NCBI GenBank assembly: GCA_054661495.1
Contig: BAAFSQ010000190.1
Location: forward strand, 1-19,107
Direction of reading: 5' to 3'
From: Zygophlyctis sp. KS116
Lineage: Eukaryota > Fungi > Chytridiomycota
Length of the DNA: 19,107 nucleotides
The notes under the pieces are model-generated. The model saw only the letters and a program-made list of their open reading frames with translations, had not been told where the DNA came from and searched no databases. A program made the position numbers and the translations under genes. Below, one piece after another: positions 11,601-19,107 of the stretch (position 1 is its first letter; the number at the start of each line of letters is the position of its first letter).

Positions 11601-12992
11601 AACTCCTCTTTTGCTACCAGAGTCAATGTTGCAAAAGTACAAAATGATACTAAAATGGCTAAAGTTAAAAATATTGAAACGCTTACGGGTGCTGTACCAA
11701 ATTATCTTATTAATAGCAATGATTTTTATATAAGACCAAAGATTCACCAATTCTATATCTCTTAGTTCGTTGATTTCTCTCAAGAAATTCGTTTCCCATG
11801 CAAAGAATTTGACCAGCCTTATGCCGTATAACAGCTCTACTGTAGAGCTCATTCTCTTATCAGAGCTTTTCATCAGAATTTTCTGACGTTTTGCAATTAT
11901 TTTCCCCATGAATCTACCAATAGGAATCATAAAGACCATGATTCCTATACCAGTTAAAGCTGGCCATCCCAGAACATTTAATAAAAAGATGATGCATATT
12001 AAAACCTGAAGAGGCGTTGTCCATACGTACATCAAATAACAACTGACCTCCAAAACTTTTGTACAATCAATAGACATTAGATTCAAAATATCTCCAGTAG
12101 AACTAGACTGAATTCTTTTTAGACTTTTAGCATAAAGCTCTCCAATTAGAGCTGCTCTAACTCTTGTTCCTATTCTTCTTCCTAAAAAATAAGTCTGCCC
12201 ATCCGCAATAGATCTCGTACTTGAAGCTAAAAACAATCCTGCGACTAATACAAACGCCAAATCTTGATTCTCTATTGTAGAAGAATCTTCGACATATTTT
12301 AATATTCTATTCAAGAAAAAAGGTCCAGAAAATGAAAGAGTTGCGGAAATCAGTGCGAACCCTGCCTGTGCTAAAACACAAGGCTTTACTAGAGTAAATA
12401 AAGCTCTGATTAAAGAAGATTGTGTATTTCTAAAATCAGTCAATTAAAATTACCTAATTTCCTTGAATCTTTCATAATTCTTTTTTGAAGTATCTTTTTC
12501 CATTAGATTATAAATATTTTCCATATTTAGTACATTCTGAGTCCCATAGTCTAATAAATCATTAAACCACGAGAATGTGATCAATTGTTCATAATTAGCA
12601 GTTTCTTCTGGTGATTTCCCACCAACCTTTCCACATTTTCTTCTCAAAGACAGACACCCAAGTGTTCCAATGAGTAAACAAGATAAAAAGTATAAATCCT
12701 TCAAGGCATCAAAATTCCGCACAAAAGATAAATTCCATAAAAACCAAATGATAAATACATGTGAATTTGTCTGAATGCATAGAATAATTATCACAAATAT
12801 TCCAAAATTTAGAATTTCATTTAATATAGAAATCCCATCTTGTACTTGCACTGCTTGTAGTAAATATACCCAGTACAATAGATATTGACTACATAATAGT
12901 AAAGAATGAATTTTGAATTTTCTTTGAATTTTCTTGTTAAACAGTGAAACACTAAAGAGAACCAATGGGATCTTTATTAGCTCATGAATCAT
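8620..12992 (-). CDS. ABCC/MRP-type ABC transporter (YBT1/BPT1/VMR1-like)
   Basis: Exons 12992-12454, 12429-11687, 11658-11016, 10990-9559, 9532-8862 and 8833-8620, with introns 12430-12453 (24 nt), 11659-11686 (28), 10991-11015 (25), 9533-9558 (26) and 8834-8861 (28); about 1413 aa. Layout is TMD0, SPEETA..ITFSW linker, TMD1, NBD1 ([17 protein letters not shown]), TMD2, NBD2 ([24 protein letters not shown]). Confidence 0.93.
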
Positions 12993-13010
12993 TTTTTAGC
13001 TTTTACACGC

Positions 13011-13137
13011 CAAATTTCTCAAATTTCTCAAAAAGCTTAAAAGTTTTATTTCTCAGAATAGCATGAATCTATTATTCTGTCAGATTCTGTAAAAAGATTG
13101 CTGTCACCTCAAAAACTCAAAATCTCAAAAACTCAAA
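13011..13137 (+). repeat. Short imperfect tandem repeats (CAAATTTCT x2; CTCAAAA(A/T) x4) in the ABCC/RBM8A divergent intergenic region
   Basis: caaatttctcaaatttctcaaaaa starting at 13011; ctcaaaaactcaaaatctcaaaaactcaaa at 13108-13137. Confidence 0.5.
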
Positions 13138-13242
13138 GAAGAAAATATATTTTTATTTCTAGGGTCTTAAAGTATTTCAGTAGGTCTAAATTTGAAGGTA
13201 GGTCAAAGTGTAAAGAAAACCAAAAAGTTTAAAAATTGTAAA

Positions 13243-13668
13243 ATGGCAGATATTCAAATTTCACTTCAGGTTGATCAGGATGTTCCAATGTCAGATTTGA
13301 AAAAGAAAAAAGGAAGAGGGTTTAATAAAGAGCACACTTCTCACAAGAATGAAATTCAAGACTATGAATCTCTTGCACATGACACTAATAAAGATAAATT
13401 TCAAAAATCTATTGAAGGATGGATCCTGATTTTAACAGGAGTTCACGAAGAAGCATCAGAAGAAGATGTTTTAGAGGCTTTCTCAGACTATGGTGTTGTA
13501 AAGAATTTACATTTGAATTTAGACCGGAGAACAGGATATGTAAAGGGATATGCATTACTAGAGTATGAAAAACTTGAAGAAGCTAAAGCCGCAATTTCTG
13601 CGGATATTGTTCTTTTGGGAAAGAAATTGACTGTTGATTTTGCTTTTGTAAAACGTCCTGCTTCATAA
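13243..13668 (+). CDS. RBM8A: RNA-binding protein 8A / Y14 (exon junction complex core)
   Basis: KKKGRGF, QKSIEGWIL..TGVHEEA.EED...FSDYG.VKNLHLNLDRRTGYVKGYALLEY and VDFAFV. First ATG is at 13243. Intronless, 141 aa. Confidence 0.96.
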   Translation: MADIQISLQVDQDVPMSDLKKKKGRGFNKEHTSHKNEIQDYESLAHDTNKDKFQKSIEGWILILTGVHEEASEEDVLEAFSDYGVVKNLHLNLDRRTGYVKGYALLEYEKLEEAKAAISADIVLLGKKLTVDFAFVKRPAS

Positions 13669-13784
13669 TAACTATCTATACAATGATTTACATAATTACT
13701 CAATGTTTGAGATGGAGCGCTGACCAGCCCCTGAAACACGTAGTCATGACATTTTTCACGTAAAGTTTACTTTTTATTCTTGTC

Positions 13785-16700
13785 ATGCTCCTGAGGCTAT
13801 TCTCCACTATAGGTAAAGTAGGCATGGGTAAACGTCATTATGCTCATACTGTTACCGTTAAAAAGGTTTTGATTGTTGGAAGTGGAGGACTGTCAATCGG
13901 ACAGGCTGGTGAATTTGACTATTCAGGATCACAAGCAATCAAGGCTCTCAAGGAAGAAGGGATTTCTACAATTTTAGTAAATCCAAATATAGCAACAGTA
14001 CAAACAGGGAAAGATTTGGCAAATACAGTGTATTTTTTACCTATTCAGCCAAGCTACATTGAATATATTCTTAAAAAGGAACGTCCGGATGGAATTTTAT
14101 TAACTTTTGGTGGTCAGAGTGCTCTCAATTGTGGTGTACAGTGTCATCATTTAGGAATATTTGAAAAATACAAAGTACAGGTTTTAGGGACACCAATTAA
14201 ATCTTTGGAGTTATCCGAAGATCGAGATTTATTTTCAAAGGCTTTAAATGGTATTTAGTAGAAAAATTAAAACTCTAGAAATAAATATTCCTGCTGCAAG
14301 ATCAACTGCAGTATGTACTGTCGATGATGCACTAGATGCGGCAAAGGAAATTGGATATCCAATCATTGTAAGATCTGCATATGCTTTGGGAGGTTTAGGC
14401 TCAGGTTTTGCAAATGATTCAGATGAATTGAGGGCTTTGGCTGGGAAATCATTATCATTATCTCCACAAATTCTCGTAGAGAGATCTATGAAAGGATGGA
14501 AAGAAATTGAGTATGAAGTTGTAAGAGATTCTGTAGGCAATTGCATTACAGTTTGTAATATGGAAAATTTTGATCCTCTTGGAGTCCACACAGGAGATTC
14601 GATAGTCGTGGCTCCCAGTCAAACACTTTCTGATGAAGAATATCATATGCTTAGAACTTCTGCCATAAAAATAATTCAGCATCTGGGTGTAGTAGGCGAA
14701 TGTAACGTTCAGTATGCATTATGTCCGGATTCTTTGGAGTATTGTGTGATCGAGGTAAACGCAAGATTATCTAGAAGCAGGTTTTATATATTTTATAATC
14801 TAATTATTTTAGTGCTCTTGCTTCAAAAGCTACTGGATATCCTCTGGCATTTATTGCTGCAAAATTAGCATTAGGTTATCCACTTCCTGATTTAAAAAAT
14901 TCGGTCACAAAAAATACAACTGCAAATTTTGAACCGTCATTAGATTATGTAGTCACTAAAATTCCTCGCTGGGATTTAAAGAAGTTTGATCGTGTCTCGC
15001 GCTCAATTGGTTCTTCTATGAAATCAGTCGGTGAAGTAATGGCGATTGGTCGGACATGGGAAGAATCTTTACAAAAAGTACCTTTTTATTTTTTATTTTT
15101 AATTAGGCATTAAGAATGGCGGATACTAGTTTTGAAGGGTTTAGCTCAATTCCATTCGATAATATCGACAGTTATCTGGAAAATGCGACAGATATGCGCA
15201 TTTTTGCAGTGGCAAATGCCATGGCCGAAAAAAAATATAGTGTCGATAAAATCCATGATATGACAAAAATCGATAAATGGTTCTTGTACAAACTAGAAAA
15301 TATTATCCAGACTACAAATGATTTGTCATTTAAAACCTTAGGACATGTATTGCCGGAAATGATTCAGAAATCGAAAAAGCAGGGATTCTCGGATGGCCAG
15401 ATTGCACGACTGTTAAGTTGTTCAGAGGCAGATATTCGTGAATTTAGGAAGTCAAATAATATAACGCCATATGTAAAACGAATAGACACTCTCGGAGCTG
15501 AATTTCCAGCCACCACAAACTATCTTTACACCACTTATAATGCATCATCTCACGATGTCACTTTTGATGAGCATGGCATCATTGTCTTAGGCTCAGGAGT
15601 CTATCGGATTGGCAGCAGCGTCGAGTTTGATTGGTGTGGTGTGTCATGCATACGATCGCTTCGAGATCTTGGTCATAAGACGATTATGATAAACTACAAC
15701 CCTGAAACAGTATCGACAGACTTTGATGAATGTGATAGATTGTATTTTGAAGAAATCAATTATGAAAGAACCATGGATATTTATGAATTAGAACATTCGA
15801 CAGGATGTATTGTGAATATGGGCGGCCAATTACCACAAAATATAGCGCTTAAGCTCTGGGAGTCTGGTGTTAAGGTGCTGGGAACATCACCGAAAATGGT
15901 AGACTGGTATGTTAAATAATATGACAATTCTAGCTGTGAAGATCGCGATAAATTTTCTCAGGCTATGGACAAGCTCCGGATCAGTCAGCCAAGCTGGACA
16001 AATGCCGCTAGTTGGGCTGATGCAATGGAATTTGTTTCGAAAGTTGGGTATGATATGTTTCGATAACTAGTTTTACAGGTATCCCATATTAGTTCGGCCA
16101 TCTTACGTGCTATCTGGCGCCGCAATGAATGTGGCATATAATGAAAGTCAATTGAAGACTTATCTCTCAATCGCTTCTAAAGTATCCCCTGATCATCCAA
16201 CTGTGATTACAAAGTTTATTGAAGGCGCTCAAGAATTAGATGTGGATGCAGTTGCTCATGACGGAAACCTTTTGGTATATGCCGTTTCCCAGCATATTGA
16301 AAATGCAGGTATCATTAAACGAGTAAAAAGACTAGGAGTACATTCTGGTGATGCCACATTGGTTCTACCCCCACTCATCGAAGGAAGAGATGCTCCTGTA
16401 GATGGTGTCCGACCTTTAAACGATGAGATTGTTTTCGATTCTAAAGTTATTGCTGAAAAAATAGCCAAATATTTCCAAATATCCGGGCCATTCAATATGC
16501 AATTAATCTTGACAAAATCACAGGAAGGAAAACACGATCTGTCAATTATTGAATGCAATCTGCGAGCGTCTCGATCTTTTCCCTTTGTATCCAAAGTCCT
16601 GAATGCAAACTTTATTGATTTGGCTACGAAAGCAATCGTAAATGCTCCATCAATTTCTATTCCTGAAGTGGATCTAATGCTTGAAAGTAGAGACTTTAAA

Positions 16701-17261
16701 GCAGTAAAAGTCCCCATATTTAGCTGGACTCGTTTATCTGGAGCTGATCCATCCTTGGGAGTCGAAATGGCATCGACTGGAGAAGTCGCATGTTTTGGAA
16801 AGAATATCCAACAAGCCTTTTATACTGCACATGAGGCTAACCATACAAATTTCAAATCACTCCCTCTACCTCTCGGATCTAGCATCCTTTTATCTGGCGA
16901 TGAATTCTTTTTTAAAGATTTAGAGCACTTATCCCAGCTATTTCATTCAATGGGATACAAAATTCTAGTATATTCACCTGAAAATCATTTAAAATCACCA
17001 TTTACACCATTTGATCTCACCATTCTTGATGACCCAAAGAAATCACAAGAAGCGTTTAAATCTATTTCATTAGTTATTAGTTTATTCAAGACCAAGGACG
17101 AGAATGCGTATTTGATTAGAAGAAATGCAGTAGATTTTGGAGTTGGACTACTGAATGAACGCAATATCTCTCTTTTATTTGCACAGTCTTTAAAACAGTT
17201 ACTAGATGGAGAATGGACTATTAATGATGTAGTTAAATCTCATGAAGAATTTCTAAAATAA
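13785..17261 (+). CDS. CPA2: Carbamoyl-phosphate synthase, arginine-specific large chain (mitochondrial)
   Basis: Exons 13785-14250, 14279-14780, 14813-15077, 15107-15906, 15934-16047, 16079-16308 and 16336-17261, with introns of 28, 32, 29, 27, 31 and 27 nt; 1100 aa. Basic presequence followed by [22 protein letters not shown], two ATP-grasp domains ([21 protein letters not shown]; [16 protein letters not shown]) and a degenerate MGS domain. It has no GATase, DHO or ATC domains, so it is not URA2/CAD. Confidence 0.94.
16309..16335 (+). other. 27-nt in-frame, stop-less GT-AG intron in CPA2
   Basis: CAG|GTATCA...GACTAG|GAG. Removal restores the conserved HIENAGVHSGDA motif. Confidence 0.92.
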
Positions 17262-17280
17262 AAGCCCAGGCCACCCTTTA

Positions 17281-17982
17281 ATGTTTGATCTTAAGAATGC
17301 TGTATTTTCAGACTCTTCCTTGCCTGTTGGATCTTTTATTTTCTCTCATGGTCTTGAATCCAAATACACTTTGGGATTAATCAGGGATGAGACTCATTTA
17401 AAACAATTTATAAAGGAAACATGTTATAATCTCTTGTCCACATCTTGGCCGTTTGTTGTCAAGACATTTTTTACGCTAGAAAACTCTTCAGATCTCTTGA
17501 ATGATATTAAATGTATAGATTTAGAAATAGATTCATTCTATGCAACGAATAGTGTATTTTTCAAATCTAGTAAAATTGCTGGACATGGATATATAACTTG
17601 TCTTTTAAAATCTAAAATCAGACAAGATGAATGGCTTATAGAGTATAAAAAGAATATTATTTCAGATCAAGTAAGTGGAAATTTACCCATTACTTTTACT
17701 ATCATGGGCTATTATTTAGATCTTTCCCTAAAAGACTTGAAATTTCACATGATTCTATCAACTGTAAAAAATCTAGTCTCAGCAGCCGTCAGACTAAACA
17801 TCATTAATGCGTTTTCTGGACTTAAAATGACTCTGGACTTTGGATCTGAAATTACAAATCTAATGTCAGTTAATGATTTCTCAAAAGATTTAAAAGATTT
17901 AGAATATTTTAATACTAATCCTTTATTAGATATTTATCAAGGGAGACAAGAGTATTTGTATTCACGGCTCTTTCACTCTTAA
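17281..17982 (+). CDS. ureF: Urease accessory protein UreF
   Basis: SDSSLPVGSFIFSHGLES, VSAAVRLNII and the C-terminal P.LDIYQGRQEYLYSRLFHS* are characteristic of eukaryotic UreF. Intronless, 233 aa. Confidence 0.92.
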   Translation: MFDLKNAVFSDSSLPVGSFIFSHGLESKYTLGLIRDETHLKQFIKETCYNLLSTSWPFVVKTFFTLENSSDLLNDIKCIDLEIDSFYATNSVFFKSSKIAGHGYITCLLKSKIRQDEWLIEYKKNIISDQVSGNLPITFTIMGYYLDLSLKDLKFHMILSTVKNLVSAAVRLNIINAFSGLKMTLDFGSEITNLMSVNDFSKDLKDLEYFNTNPLLDIYQGRQEYLYSRLFHS

Positions 17983-18263
17983 TAAAATTTGTAGTGTTTG
18001 TGTCAATGTCTTGGGTCTTCTTACTCTTCCCAGTCTGAAAACCGTCAGACTCTGCGTTTGAAATCAAAGTTCTGGATGTAAAGCGACAAATGAAATCTTG
18101 AAAAAATTACATTTCCAATTTGCTGATAGGTGGAATTATTGCTAAAATTCTAAAATACTTTAGATCAGTCCAACAATAAGATTTAGCCCTAACAACTAGA
18201 ATAAATTGGAATCTGAGCGTTTCAAATTCAATCAAATTACAAATTTTCACTAGAGAATTCTCA

Positions 18264-19079
18264 ATGAAATTTCAGCGCTTGCATCTATTTGCATCAATCT
18301 TTGCCATTATTAATTTGATTAATGCAGTCTCTATCGCAAAACCTCGATTAGTTAGATCATCATCTGCAACCACACGCACTGGATTTAAAAGTCTAATAAG
18401 AACATCATCTGGATCTGCATTAAACTTGATGAAAGATTTAGAACCAATGGAACATTCAATTATTAATAATGCAGCTAGTGTAATCAATAGACAGTCTGGT
18501 TTTTTACATGATGCATGTGTAAAGGGAGATTTACACTTGGTAAAAGTATTAATTGAAGACTCGGGACTTGTGCCTACTCAAGATACTCTAAATATGGCTT
18601 CATATAGTGGAAATGTAGATTTAGTAAAGTATTTAGTAGATAGCTATGGACTTTTACCGGAAAGATCTACTCTAATTGCTGCATCTTATAGTGGAAGTAT
18701 TGATCTTGTAAAGTATTTAGTGGATGATCATCATTTAATTCCAGAAAAGGAAATGCTAGATGGAGCAACTAACCGTAATGTTTATAGTTTTTTATACAGA
18801 ATTCATCTAGACCAAGCATTTCAAGAATCCTTTTTCAATCAAGTACAAAATGTATTTTCTGATTCAATGGATAGCTTTTTAGAACGTTATCAGGAGAGAA
18901 GGAATTTAAAAGCTTTAAATGATGCAATTTTGGGTCAAAATTATGAAGAGATCAAGAAATTAATTCTACAAGAGGGAGTTGAACCTGATTATCCAATGCT
19001 TCATAATGCTGCATTGTCTGGAAACCAAGATATTTTTGATATTATTCTGCAATATATTCCTAGCGCAGAAGCGGAATAA
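18264..19079 (+). CDS. Putative secreted protein with short (28-aa) ankyrin-like repeats
   Basis: Hydrophobic N-terminus MKFQRLHLFASIFAIINLINA. Repeats are LHDACVKGDLHLVKVLI, LNMASYSGNVDLVKYLV and LIAASYSGSIDLVKYLV, plus LNDAILGQN and LHNAALSGN. Confidence 0.8.
   Translation: MKFQRLHLFASIFAIINLINAVSIAKPRLVRSSSATTRTGFKSLIRTSSGSALNLMKDLEPMEHSIINNAASVINRQSGFLHDACVKGDLHLVKVLIEDSGLVPTQDTLNMASYSGNVDLVKYLVDSYGLLPERSTLIAASYSGSIDLVKYLVDDHHLIPEKEMLDGATNRNVYSFLYRIHLDQAFQESFFNQVQNVFSDSMDSFLERYQERRNLKALNDAILGQNYEEIKKLILQEGVEPDYPMLHNAALSGNQDIFDIILQYIPSAEAE
18504..18755 (+). repeat. 84-nt period coding tandem repeat (3 ankyrin-like units)
   Basis: catatagtggaaatgtagatttagtaaagtatttagtagat (18601) matches cttatagtggaagtattgatcttgtaaagtatttagtggat (18685), an offset of 84 nt. 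Confidence 0.75.
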
Positions 19080-19107
19080 TAGATTTTTTACTTTTTGAAT
19101 GATAAGA

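Noticed and set aside
3828-13242. TTG/GTG starts in the ORF track (e.g. 3828, 8578, 13192)
   Set aside because: In this eukaryotic context, downstream ATGs (3864, 8557, 13243) are the more plausible starts, and 3864 matches the family N-terminus.
16398-16427. Possible 30-nt intron in the CPA2 insertion [16 protein letters not shown]
   Set aside because: It has a weak donor, a GAG acceptor and exon-like GC content, so a genuine loop insertion is more likely.
18339-18365. RxLR effector motif in the secreted ankyrin protein
   Set aside because: The sequence is RLVR, not RxLR, and there is no dEER motif.

Overview
This is not prokaryotic DNA. It is an extremely gene-dense, AT-rich eukaryotic nuclear segment using the standard genetic code. 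A zoosporic (chytrid-type) fungus is the most likely source, inferred from the fungal-type CPA2, UreF, HTD2, ABCC and loosenin-like genes plus a ciliary-type gene and Y14. The ORF track is fragmented because genes are split by tiny spliceosomal introns. I reconstructed 23 of these by hand. All are 24-32 nt (mode 25), 22 are GT-AG and 1 is GC-AG, and 18 of 23 have an A exactly 7 nt from the 3' end. Removing them gives full-length proteins. Gene order: DPBB/expansin-like secreted protein (-, partial), HTD2-like dehydratase (+), HEM2/ALAD (-), FIST-domain protein (-), possible 55-aa sORF (+), CCDC25/JLP2 (+), ciliary MIP-like protein (+), ICP55/XPNPEP3 (-), PSK/PIM-like kinase (-), ABCC transporter (-), RBM8A/Y14 (+), CPA2 (+), UreF (+), secreted short-ankyrin protein (+). 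The main points of interest are the tiny-intron system with a fixed candidate branch-point distance, a TAATG stop/start overlap joining a FIST gene to HEM2, an antisense CDS overlap between HTD2 and HEM2, and a dyad-symmetric bidirectional promoter at 475-521. All gene calls come from motif recognition and no database searches were run.
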